A DNA stretch of 64,000 nucleotides, taken from positions 5,890,001 through 5,954,000 of the forward strand of contig CM106586.1 in assembly GCA_048013815.1 (NCBI GenBank). Reading direction: 5' to 3'. Made by a program: the position numbers and the translations under genes. The DNA is from Setoptus koraiensis. Lineage: Eukaryota; Animalia; Arthropoda. Under the pieces are notes generated by a model that made no database searches, was not told the DNA's origin, and saw only the letters and a list, made by a program, of their open reading frames with translations. Positions within the stretch are counted from its first letter, which is position 1. The number at the start of each line of letters is the position of its first letter. This document shows positions 37,681-50,364 of this stretch, piece by piece.

Positions 37681-39235
37681 CTGTTGCACGTGGCCAGCAC
37701 GTTAGCATCATGATGATCATTAGCATGCGAGTTGTTGTTGTTGTTGTTGTTGCATCGTGTGGTTGTTGCGTATTGTTGTGCACAGGTGATTTATTTGGCA
37801 TTTATCACGTCATCGAGGGGCGCGCGAGTTTATTCGGATGCAGCATCGCACAATACACGATTATACGCGCGTTTCGTGTATATAAAATAGAGTTTGGTCG
37901 CATTATATGGTTGTGGTTGATGCAAGTTGTTGTTGTTGTTGTTGGACGTAACAACATGGTGAGTGCGGGCGCGAGTGTGGGGATATATAGATTAAGACGT
38001 AGGCTGGTTAGTATTAATGGTTTTTGGGGGCTACATTTTTGTCGGTCGCTTGCTTGTTGGTCGCTCGCTCGTTGGTCGCTTGCGAGAATCGGCATTGCGC
38101 GCCGGGCAAACGACAAATTTTGCAGTATTGTTTGTAAGTGACATTTGAATTTGCATGCAATTCGAGCATTCTCTCGAAGCGGACGCAGCACCCCCATGTT
38201 AATCATGACAATAACCGATTAGCGAGCGCAACAAAATTAGTTAGCGGCACTCGAAGTGCCGCTCTAACGGTTACACTCCAACCGTTACAGTGTGACCGTT
38301 AGAGTATTCGTACACGGACTCGCCCGTGTATCGTGGGCTCACCTGTGCAGCGTGGGCTCACCTGGCCACACGGTGACCGACAATGCACGGTGGTCATGGT
38401 GAAAAAGAAAAGTGTACACTGTGTGCACTATGACCATCATCAATATTATCATCATCACCCGCACACTGTGGCGCGCTAATAATAATGATGATGTAATAAT
38501 GATTGTGTTGCGTTGTTGTGTCGCGTGCAAAACGACACACACACACACACGCCAAACAAGGTGAGCAGTTGTTATTTGGGCTTGTTGTTGTTGGCAGCTA
38601 GGCGCATGCACCGGGCCAGTTGTTGTTGTTGCTGCGCTCAAGAACAAAACACAGACAATGATGATGTAACAGCTTGCCAATGGCCGGCAATTGGTCGTGT
38701 GTTCAACATACGCGCCCAATGGAATACGAGAAATGGAAAACTAGCAACAAAGCGACAAACACACACACACACACAAAAGTGACAAGAGAAACAAGAAACA
38801 AGTGGCAAGAAAAAACAATGGCGACAGGTGAACCTGGCCACAGTGGCGCCCAAACTGGCGAGCCGTTTTGAGCTGGCTGCATTTGGCCATGAGTGAGATA
38901 AAATTTGGTTGTTGCTGTGACTGGTTCGGGTGCCGAGAAACTCAATTATCTATTTGAGCTGATTCGGTTGGTTTGGATAGCGCATTGATCGTGATTAATG
39001 GTGATTAGATCGTGATCAGACGGCAATTGTATTTCTATTGTGATTATATTGTGGTCAGACATTGATCGATTGTTAGAATTGGCTGTCGCTGTTTGCTTGA
39101 GTTATTATTGATAAGATGATGGCTTGGCTGAGCCGGCGACAGATAGCGGCTAACGAGCGCAAAAAGAATTGCAAACAACGCAAACACATCCTCGTCTCAT
39201 GTGACGCATCAATAAGTTTCTATTAGATCAGCTCG

Positions 39236-39361
39236 TATTTGACAGTTGCTATTTGACAGTTGCTATTTGACAGGTGCTATTTGACAGGTGCTATTGGACA
39301 GTCACCATTGGTTAGTCACCATTGGACAGTTACTACTGGACAGTTACTATTTGACAGTCAC
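39236..39361. repeat. Tandem repeat, 14-bp unit TATTTGACAGTTGC x9 (degenerate)
   Basis: Nine contiguous, stepwise-diverging copies. Confidence 0.9.
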
Positions 39362-40728
39362 AGTTTATGCCGGGTGTTTGTGTACTGAGTACAATAAATG
39401 TACCACACAACATATGTTGGCAGACACATTAGTGTCCGCCAATGATTATCAGGTGAGCGTCGAAAAGTGACCACGTGTCACCGACATCAAATGTGCAGTA
39501 ATGTCAAAAACAAACACTAATCACTGGTCGACATCGTAAACAATTGTCAGCTGACTTACGACTCGCGGCTCAGCTGACACAAGTTTGTCAGTTTCGAATG
39601 GACAGACCACACATAAAAATGAAGCATCACAGAATCATCACAGCCTATGATTGACACCACAACCTTTGTTAATTGTAAAATCCAATTGACACCGCGCATC
39701 GATTTCTCGTATCAATCGCGCCAGCACGCGCACCGATGACGCAACTGATGCGGTCCGACAGTGACAATTGGAACAGGTAACGACGCCATGTGACCATGTG
39801 ACCATGTGACCATGTGATCATGTGGCCATGTGACCATTTGACGTTACCGTCTAACCAGTTATCTGTGCTGTGCAAGCAATTGTGCTGCGCACATTCGACA
39901 CACCGATGTGTCTTGCCAACAACAAACCGCTTGTTAGCCTAACAATGTTAGAGGTCAAGTAGAGCATTTATAAATACAAGCAAAACATAACGTGCACATG
40001 AGATGCACGCGTATGTGCTGAAAGAGCCGACAGGTAAACGGCACAATTTCTCATGTGATAGATGCAGGCTGGCGCTGGGTGTCGCGTCAAACGATGCGAT
40101 ACACATTGTGCGATTAGACGCCATGACATTAGCAGATTATATCCCGCAGTTTGTTGCGTCTGGTTGGGGGGCCAGCGACGACATTTGTTTTGTTTGATTA
40201 TTACATCTTGTGTGCTCGTATTATTGCCACCATTGGCACTATCTGTCTAGACTGCTCTCTAGACATAGATAGGCCGGCGAGTGACCTTGCCAGTTTGTCG
40301 GCCAGTTTGTCGGCCAGTTTGTCGGCCAGCTTGTCGGCCAGCTTGTCGGCCGGCTTGTTGGCGCAAGTGCTCGCCATTGAGCAACGAGCGGCCATTGTAA
40401 TTGAAGCGAAGGCGAGCTCAGGATTAGCGCACTGGCATTTGTAGTCCGGTCGTGTATTTTGCGGGCTGTGCGCGCTGGCTGTGCCGAACGGGGCCCCACA
40501 CGGCGCCCCAAACGGCACACAAATGGTCAATGGCACGTGTAAACTAAGGCTGAACAAGCATCACACATCGACAGGCACTGTTGGCGCTGGTGACACTGTG
40601 GCCGCAGCACGCGCACACTGCCCAGCGGTCACTGTTCAACAGCCACTGCCGGACACACAGCTCAGGTAAATCACCTGTGCGTGCATTGTTGTGACTTGTG
40701 CTTTTTGTATGGTTGCGCTGTTGTCGTG

Positions 40729-40729
40729 G

Positions 40730-40785
<56 letters not shown>

Positions 40786-40786
40786 G
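40729..40786. repeat. (GTT)n microsatellite, about 19 units
   Basis: Pure run. Confidence 0.95.
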
Positions 40787-43423
40787 CGGCGGCCCCACTG
40801 GTCATTGGGGCCAGTTGCGTTCGCTGCGCTGCCAGCACACACTGGTGGCACAGCTTCTGTGTGCGACATTGCACAGATTGCGTCATCATGCGTTCGTATA
40901 ACTGTAGTGTGGTGCTTGCAAATGCAAGAAACAACAACAGCGTCAAGAGCAAATAAATGGAATTGCTCACCTTTAATTGTCACACAATAGTATTGTGTTA
41001 ATGGCCGTTCAATTCAGCGCCCCGGCGTGCGTAAATTGTGCGCTCTACAAGCTCTGGCTGGTGGCATATGAAAGTGTCGAAAAAACTGTTTGCAACCATC
41101 GAATTGCGCGCGAACAGGCCCAATGTTCAATTACGTAATGGTGCCAAACTGAAAACTGTATAACACACCCGCTATAATAAGCCCAAATAATGACGCAACC
41201 CACAGCCGGGCACAACAAACATACAGACTTTAAAGACTGTATGATACGGGCCACAAAGTAAAATGGGCTTCTGACGCTTTTCTCGAAACGGCCCCCCCTC
41301 GTTCGTCTCTGTTGTGTCCGTTGTCTTGGCGGCTCATCAAGATCCCGCAATCCGCACTCTGGATGAAAGTGCGCCCAATGGTTGCCACTGCAGCCGCTAG
41401 GGCCGCTGGCTGTCGTGTCCTGTCGTATCGTCAGGCCGGATCAGCGGGCCAGCGCGTGACACGAATATCGCCGTCAAGTTTGTTGTAAAAAAGATTATTA
41501 GTTGCGCAATTGATGCGCTCATTTGATCGCTCGCCTCGTTGATATTCACACACGCGCACTATTTCAGAAATAGTATTTCTCAACACAAGCATTTGTCAAA
41601 CTGGCGCCCCGATATCCATCCATGAATAGCTGGCAGATAAATGTGGGCCTGCAGCAAGCAACAGCAAGCAAATGTTGGCATGCGACTCACAAATTGTACG
41701 ACTCACCAAGCGCGCGTCACACGATTGCGATTAGCAAACAACACAAAACAAAACAAAACAAACTGCGGCCACACCATCATTAATTATTGCCCCGTTTCCG
41801 GTTGATTTCATTTATCCGATTATCGCGCGCAAGCTGGCCGCTCGTGTCAACGGACACAGGCGAACACTGTAGCCAGTTCGCACGCGTTTCACTAATCGCT
41901 GTTCGCGACACTCACAGCGAATCGCATTGATCATTAATTTCTCTCTGTCTGTCTGTCTGTCTATCTGTCTGTTTGTGTGTGTCCTTTTTTGCGGGCCGAA
42001 ATTTCGCTGATTGTTGCACAACTGCGAATAAATGAAAAAGAAGAAGCCATGCAAAAAACGGACCAAAGGGTTGCGCTTTTCATTGTGCTCGCGGGGCGCT
42101 ATTTACGCGACCAACCAACACTGTCGGTGCGACTAAACGAAGCCAGCGCCCGTTTTAGGGTTATTTCGTTTGGCTGGTTTAATTCATCGACAATTGTGCG
42201 TGTGTCCATTTTTGTGTCCTGTGACCCAACAAACTGCGTGTCTTGGCCACTGTAACAAGAGCGGGCTCGCCCAGGCTGGTCAAGCGTGTCAAGTGGACAA
42301 AAATAGAGATAAAAATGTTGCGCGTCTATATTCAATTTGATAGTCGCTGGCCATGCTGGCCAGCAGAGCCAGCGAGCCAAGCGAGCATCCATCGAAGCTC
42401 AACAGGACATCGCCAGCCATCAAATAGGTAACTGTGAGCTGGCCAGAAATAGCGCCAAATAGCGGATAAGTAGCGGCCAACAAGACGGCTACTGTTACCA
42501 TGTGATAATAGTGATAATAGTGATAGTAATAATGATGTAATATGTTGGAGTGCGTAGACGTATGCCCACAAGAGGCAGGCCGAGCAATGGGAGACGAGAC
42601 GAGAGCAGGGGATCAAATGACATGTGAAAAGAGAGGGCCACACATCCAGATATTATTGTACGTTACATCAGCTGATTGGGGTGACATTGTTATTGTCGCT
42701 GTCCTATTGTGTGTGTGTGTGGGCGCCACCTAGATCCAATAGTCTGATTTTGGCTGGAGTGGCCAAGTGTCTAGACCAACTATAACGCTGCTGGCTCATC
42801 CAATTTGTGGCCCACTCGTGAGCCTCACGAGGAGCCTCTTGTTGGCTGATGAGCAGCTCGCGGCCAGAAGCAGCCAGAAGCAACCAGAAGCAACCAGAAG
42901 CAACCAGAAGGAGCCAGAGAAAGAGGCTAGTCGACTGGGCTATCATATCAATATATCCTGTCTGAGGGGCGGGGGGCCCAACTCAAGAGCGACATGACAA
43001 AAGCGCCTCATTGATGCGCGTCTCGATCGACCTGGCTTCTCAGCTTGCAATCAGTCAGCTGTTATCAGTCAGTCGAGCCGAGCCAATCCAATTCAATCCA
43101 GCGAGACAGCTCGCCAACACTCGTGAGGCACACAACAATTCATCACAACCATATCACAAGATTGCCTGCGTTATAACGTAAGCGTACACACTGAGCATGC
43201 CCGATACAAACTATACAATGTCCGGTCATAATGATAAATGGGGCCCCTTTGAATCGATTATATTCACACATGAATATTCGACACTGACAACTTGTGGGAC
43301 AACTTGAGACTCTCAAGTTGAGAGTCGTTCACCAGCCTCAACCTTTTGGCTTTTGGCCCCAAAACAGCAACCAACCTTGATTGTGTCTGTTTCCGGCAGC
43401 TAACTCATCACAACAAGCACCAG

Positions 43424-43465
43424 TTTATACTAGTATTTACGAGTACCTGTAAATACTAGTATAAA
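43424..43465. repeat. Perfect 17-bp inverted repeat with 8-nt loop
   Basis: TTTATACTAGTATTTAC / GAGTACCT / GTAAATACTAGTATAAA. Confidence 0.9.
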
Positions 43466-44134
43466 TGGCTGCCGACGGCTGCGCGAATCGATCGCGTGCA
43501 ACATTCATAGCTGTTTGTATGGACGAAAAGTTACATAAACAGTTGTGATTTATACGGATATTCATGCGTGAATCGCTGATTTTTAGTTGAAATTATTTCA
43601 GTGATGAGCGAGGAGTTTGTGTGACAACGTGAAACGTTTGCTGGCCGGACACGCCAGAGTCTGGTGACTAGACGGACACACCAGCATGCCGGACACACCA
43701 GCATGCTGGTCATGTCCGGCGATCGGTGTCTTACTAAAACAGTTTTAGGCGATAGACAGCGAGAGAGTATAAAAGTCAGAGACAATAATCGCGCTCACCA
43801 CTTACAGTCAAAATAAAACAGTTATTTTGGCGCCAAAAGCCATCAATGCCGCCATGAGAGAGTGGCATTATTATTATTATTTTTGCTTTAACGCCCAAAC
43901 TTTATTGTTAGTGAGCTGGTTGTCAAGTGAGTGCAAATGGGGCCCCTCATAAACTACCATCAACCATCGCCCGCTTCTGTCACCGAGCTGGCCAAGCGCG
44001 CCAAACAAACTCGCCTTTGGACTTTGCTCTGCACTTTGCGCTGCACGCTGCTCTGGACGCCGCTCTGGACGCTGCTGAGCAGCGCTGGGGCCCGAGCCCA
44101 GTGACAAGTTTAAATGACGCTCGCCGGGGCGGCC

Positions 44135-44234
44135 GTGTGCGGATATTTGGCCAGTGTGCGGATATTTGGCCAGTGTGCGGATATTTGGCCAGCGCGCGGA
44201 TATTTGGCCAGCGCGCGGATATTTGGCCAGCGCG
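44135..44234. repeat. Tandem repeat, 19-bp unit G(T/C)G(T/C)GCGGATATTTGGCCA x5
   Basis: Read directly. Confidence 0.92.
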
Positions 44235-47200
44235 AGCTGGCAAAATGAGCGACACACACATAAACACAGATTTGAATTGTTTGAGAATTGTCGGCCGATG
44301 GTGCCGGCCAGCCACACAAACAAACAAAGCTGAAAGCAAGAAAAGAAACAATCGCCAGCAAAGTGAACTTTAATTCTTTGCCACTTTGATATACACGCAC
44401 GCACAAATACACAGCGGCGAGCAAATAATGGACAGAATAGTAATAATAATAACCAGCCAGCGAGCAAAACAAAGTCAGATAATAATAATCATTTCGTTTA
44501 GCCGCCAGCGGCCAGCAGTGAGGCCGGCAGTGGGGCCAGTCAGCAGTGGGGCCAGCTTAACCGTGATTAGACAGACAAACAAAACTAAGAGAAAAGAAAA
44601 CCAACAACAACACTGGACCAAACTCACTCATCTGTGATTCGTTGTGAACGCGTCACTTGATTTATTAAACTAGTCCCCAATGCCACTGTTCGGCGGGCAG
44701 CGCCACTGGCGCCCCTGCCCGCAACCGTCGCAGTTTAACAGTGGCTGGCTGGCCGCCATTTGTCCGCTTATAAGCTCGCACTAATAGCCGGGGCCTGCGT
44801 CTGAGCTGGGGCCAGACTGGGGCCCGCCGACTCAGACAGAATTGTCTTGCGCGCGCGGGACGACGCCGCGCCGCTGGCAACACCATTCCATTAGATGAAT
44901 ACCTCGCTCAAGAGAGATTGCGGCAATCATACGAGCGAGAATATTTTCCAGTCTCACATGTTGACAATCATCATGCGGGCCCGCGTACTTTGCACTAATT
45001 GAACATGGCAATTTCCAGCCGAGCCGAGCCGCGCCAAGCCAGGCGAGATCCATTGGCCCCATTCTTTATCTTATTATTGCTTATTGCCCGCTATGAGACT
45101 TGTATTGGCCGGCGACTGCTCACTGTGGCCAGTAGCTGTTCACTGTGGCATCACCGAGCCAGTGGCTGCATTTCGGCCGGATGCATGTCGAAAGAACAGC
45201 GAATAAACGGCAAAGTGAAAAGAAAGAAACAGACTATTATTGCTACCATTATGTGAGCCGAAGAATGCCGGCCCAAGGTACGATTAAAATTGCATTTCCA
45301 CTTCCGCCCGCGACAGCGTCTCAGTCGGTCAGTCGGACCGCGACTGCCCGACGGCGGCCCCCGCTTGGCCTCACATCGTGCGAGTTACGCGGCCAAGTGA
45401 CGCGCTGCATAATGGAGCGGTGCGCCATGAGACCGGCTTTAGAACAAAACAAAGCCGACGAGAAACGTTCATTAGGCCCCACTCAGTCAGACAATTTTCA
45501 CACACTAAATCGGCGCCCCAATAAATGGGGGTCGGCGTTGCGTTTTGGCTTACACTGTTACGATTCTTTAACGCGGACCCCTTTATGCCCATGGCAGAGC
45601 TCTCACAAGTCGCAAAGCTCTCGCGGAGCCTAATGATGCCAGCCGGGCGATATTTACATTGACTAGGTCCATTTGGCAGCCACTTTCTCGGCCACTTGTC
45701 GCCACTATTGGCTCGCTTGGGCGCCATCATTCGCTCGATGAGGTTCAGTTATTCGGCTGATGGCGCCCATTAGACGCGTGCCAACCATTGCGGCAACCAA
45801 CGGCCAAAATGGCCGGCCCAAAGGGCTCAAATGGGGGCGCCCTTGAAAAGGCAAATCATAGCTGCCCAATTCGGGCGCTAATGAAGTTTTTTGAGGCCCC
45901 AAACGACTGTATGGATTGTACAGCGCGAGTATAATAGCACAACTTGGCAGTGGACGGAGGCGCAAGCCCCAACACGCCATCAAATGGCAACCGTTGGATT
46001 AGGTGTGTTTGTGGGGCCCCGGCGAGCCGACGGCAAACGCACAGCGGGAAACAAAAGATCGCAAAAAAGTGTTGCGAACAAATCAAGTGTGACACAACGG
46101 CATCTTGGCGCTGTTGTTTATTGAGCTGAGGGGCGAATCAGCTCAAATCGGCTCAGCTATCGGGCTCGTCTCATCAATTGCACTGACGGCGTTGAGAGAT
46201 AATTCACAAATATAAATAGTGCGTAAATAGCGTATAAATAGATAGATTAGATTAGCGATGGCATGATGATAATGACAGTACAAAGTCACGCTTAAAACTG
46301 TTATTATTATTCCACTTGGATAGATGGAATTGGTGTTAGTTTTGATTTCGAGCTTATTTATCTCGCTCGCTATGTTGGCATGTTTTGGCGCCCCAAACAA
46401 TTGCCTCAAACGGGGGTGTGTGTGGAATTGTTTGTGGGGCTCGCGATGGCCGGCCGTTGCTTTGCCAGCCAGCCAGTTTGTGGTCATGAATACTTTAAAA
46501 CTGTTCAACAGTGAACGCAGGCCTCACTTTTGCCGCCGGCGGTACCTCGGGCGCGAGCGGGGTACCGCCGGCCTGTATGCTGCCAGCAAATTATAGCTAC
46601 GGGCCTGGTGCCCGTTATCGTGCCCGTGCGCTCGGTGTGTACCCACTGAGGCGTCAACTATTATATCTGGCGGCCAACTATTGTACCGAAGCGGGCGCCG
46701 CCAACTGCGACTTTGAAGCGGGCGCCCACTGCGATATCGAGCCGGCTACAATGGCGCCGAACCGGCCTGTGTTTTGCTCGGCTGCCAGGGGCCTCCCGAT
46801 GGGCCCCTGGTAGCCGAGCAAAAAACAACAAGCCAGCGGTGCCAGTGTATTAGTTGGTTGGAGCTAATTTAAAATTTAGATTAGATGGCGACGAGCGATA
46901 ACATCGTCACAATATTAGGTATCAGTTGGCCATTTGCGACTATCTCTTTGCGATTGTGTAATAACTACTCTTTTTGTGAGCGAGCGGGCCGGTGCGAGGG
47001 CGCCGCCACCTAGGGACTGGAGGCTGTTATTTTTTCTTCTTCTTCTTTTTTTCATCGCCTGCGCGCTGGCCCCTTTTCAATCACACTGATTTACATTTAT
47101 GGCCCACGATACGAGCTAACATCGCAGTGGCATCCGAGCATCTGTGCACAATATCCCGCCAAATCGGGTATCTGGCTGTCGGGTGCCGCAATACCCGACA

Positions 47201-50200
47201 GCCCGGCCCGATTTGCCAGCCTGCCAACAAGCCAGCTATTCAATACAGTTCAATGAAGCTGCTATTGGCGGGCTTTTTTCGGGCGCGCGCATTTGTCGCC
47301 CGCTCGGGAAACTTTGTCAACAGGCGCCAACAGTGGGGGCGCCCGAAATTGGGATTGTCCCAAGGGGCACCAACGTGACAATCTCACGAGGGTTCGCCAT
47401 TGTGCTCGACAATGCGGCTGAAAAGGCAAATTCATTGAGGCGCCGCTGCCTAGTGTTGCGAAGAATTCGGCCCGTTCGAGCCGCACGGCAGCCGCGCCAG
47501 TTCGCAAGCGCCGACAAAACTGTCTTGCCGAGCAAACAAACGGAGGCGCCCAGTGTGACCTTTTTTCCGAAAATTCCGCCGCGCTGCTTCGATTGGGCAC
47601 CAAACGAACGACAGGGCAAAAGTGGAAAAAATTGCACTGCTTTTTTCTTATCTCTCTCGCATTTCTTTGCAATGTCGTGGTCGGTGCAGCGCCAGAGCAC
47701 GACATTTGCCACTTTTCAGCGCCACCAGCAGAATCCGCTTTGTTCCGAGAACCGCATGTCGTGCTGACTCAGCCCGACCCGTGCGACTCTGGCGCCCTTT
47801 TGAAGAAAAACGGGGTATTACTGCGCTGTGACATGCCCAAGCGAGAGGCGTCAAAACGGGCCGAATGGGGGCGCATGAGGGCGCACGAGCCGAGTAGCTG
47901 AGGGCACGAGCGAGCCAGTGATTTTCATCGCGACGGGCATTATGCGAATGAGCTGTTGGCAAGTGTTTCGAACCGACTAATGGTCTATTAGTGTGAGCAT
48001 AATTAATTGCAACTAGTCCTCATTGTCGGCGCTCTCTCTCTCGGCCGCTCGGCGTGCGAATACCGAGCTCGGTATTTGCGTCAGGTATTCGCAACATTGT
48101 CAGTGTGCGGGCCGCGCACCCGACGATTAATGCCCGCCCATTTAGCCCGTTTACAAAGCGGACGGCCATGAATGGGCACCGATTGATACCCGGCGCTCAC
48201 TGCCCGGCTATTATTGCCCGGAGCTCACTACCCCGGGCGGCGGTCATCAGAGCCGCCGCCAGACGCACACGTGGGCCGGCTCCACCGACAATGAAATTCG
48301 AGACGGCCCCACGTAGGCCCACATCGACTCGGTGCGGGCACCAACGGCTCAGTGCGCCGGATATTGTTCGGGCAACATCAGCGGGCAACATCAGCGGGCA
48401 ACAGCAAACCGGCGGCGAGCCGGAGCGGCGCGGTTGCGGGCGCCGGCCGACAGACATATAAGCAGGGATATATATGGGTGTTGAGGCTTAATTGAGATTG
48501 GTTCAGTTGGTGGCCAGTTGGCAGCGAGTTGTCAGTTGTTAGTTATGGCGAAACAGTTGCGTAACTTACGTTGGCGACACTTACAAGCAGCACAACAACA
48601 AACTGTCTCGACAGCAACCATGACATAATGTAATGCAGAATCAATTTGCATAAGAACGCCATCTTGTACGAGAATGGCCAGCCAACACTGTGTTTTTGTG
48701 GAGTAGACAGACCCGACTAATGGCTCTGGCACGATGTGATTCGGGCCCCAACTAATGCAACTATGTGCACGGGTGTGTAAATACTTTAAAACGGGCTGGG
48801 GCCCCTGCGGCTCGCGGGCCGAGATTTCGCTTGCTTTTATTTGCCGGCGCGCCAATTCAAGTTTCCAGTTTTGGTAAGCTGGTCGGAGGTAATTGAGGCA
48901 ACAACAATCTCGGCATTATCCGGGCCCCTTATCAAACGATGCAACGTGCTCTCAGGACGCCGGCCCTGAGAGACCAATTCACGCGCCGGCGTCTGTATGT
49001 ATTATATATACAATATACTGTTGTATTATATAATATAATATAATAATATGATGCAATCGTTTTATTGTTGTAATGGCTAAACGCCAAGTGATATGATTAT
49101 TTATTATATCGCGCCGGGGGCCTCCTTGCCCCACACGCACGCACACGCACGACAACAGCAGCAACAGCAGCAACAACAACAACAACAACAACAAAGGCGA
49201 CTGCGCTGGCCTGATAATAATTGCATTACGCAGCCAAAATGTTTTCTGTGTCAGCAGTTTAAAGTTGCAGCCTTTTTCCGGGGGCCCCGACGACGGCTCG
49301 TCGTTGCTGTCAGCAATGGCGGCCTGACTCTTGAATCTTATCTGTGCAGGTACAGCCGCCAGCGGGGCCCCCGAAACGCCGGCTCGCACACAATGAGCGG
49401 GCCTCTGATTTATACAATATAAATTTATCTAACAACGAGTGGCCATTTCAATTGAAACAACGACACGATTTTGCAGACGAAAAGAAGCGATATCATTGAC
49501 GAGTTTGTGCGACTTAGGCGAGCAAGCAACGAATTGTCAAGATGCGGATAGAAATCGCAAAAACTGTTGTTGTCTGAACCGTTATTCCGGCACTCCCGTT
49601 CTTTGTTGCCCGTGTGCGGATAATCCAATCAACTATCATTGTGAGGCCATTGGATGGCTGGCCATTATTGTCGCATGACAGACAGGCGACACTATTCAAT
49701 TTCTGGCCCATCTCATGCCGTTCGCCGGCCGGCGCGGCACAAGTGCCAGCGAGCCAGTTTCTCGAAACTCTCGATTCGAGAGTCTCGAAGCCGTGCCCGG
49801 GCCGGACGCGAATTTCGAGCGATAGATTCGAGAGAATTTCGCAACTTTGTGTGCTTGACAGGACGCCGTTTCGGAGGGGCACCTTTTGCGTTGGAAGCCG
49901 CCTGTCTTGTGAGTCACAAGTAGTGACGATTTTCGGCTTTTTCCAGCGGCGCCAGTCCGCGTCGCGCCAGTGACGTGGCTCGAATCTCGAGAAAAGACAC
50001 GGCCCCGGCAGGGGCGAACTGAACCGAAAACGGGCGTCCGCCGGAACGGGGCGCTGCGAGTCGCCACGAAGGGGCGCTGTGATGAAAATTGCGCTGACTC
50101 GGGCGATTTCAATATTGTCAAACACAACAAATATGCCTCAGGTGAGCCTCCGAGTCGGCCGACCTTCAACATCCAATGGGCGCGCCATCACACGACGGGC

Positions 50201-50336
50201 TGCCCAAACCGTGAATTGGCCCCTTGGAGGCCGCAGTTCGTGGGGCGCCTCGCACCAGTGAGCTCGCTCGCGAAATCGGGTGAGTGTTTGGGCCTGGCAC
50301 TTGCCAATTGGGCCGAATGAGCCGATGGGGCCCATT

Positions 50337-50364
50337 GGCCCATTGGCCAATTGGCCAATGGGCC
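50337..50364. repeat. Perfect 28-bp palindrome GGCCCATTGGCCAATTGGCCAATGGGCC
   Basis: Self-complementary. Confidence 0.9.

Noticed and set aside
42721-42735. CTCF-like GCGCCACCTAG motifs (also near 47000 and 63215)
   Set aside because: Partial matches only; expected by chance in GGCGCC-rich DNA.
47144-50172. Longer ORFs in the GC-rich region (47144-47767, 49514-50125, 49696-50172) as genes or transposases
   Set aside because: No recognisable domain or catalytic motif, overlapping open frames on both strands, and no terminal repeats seen.
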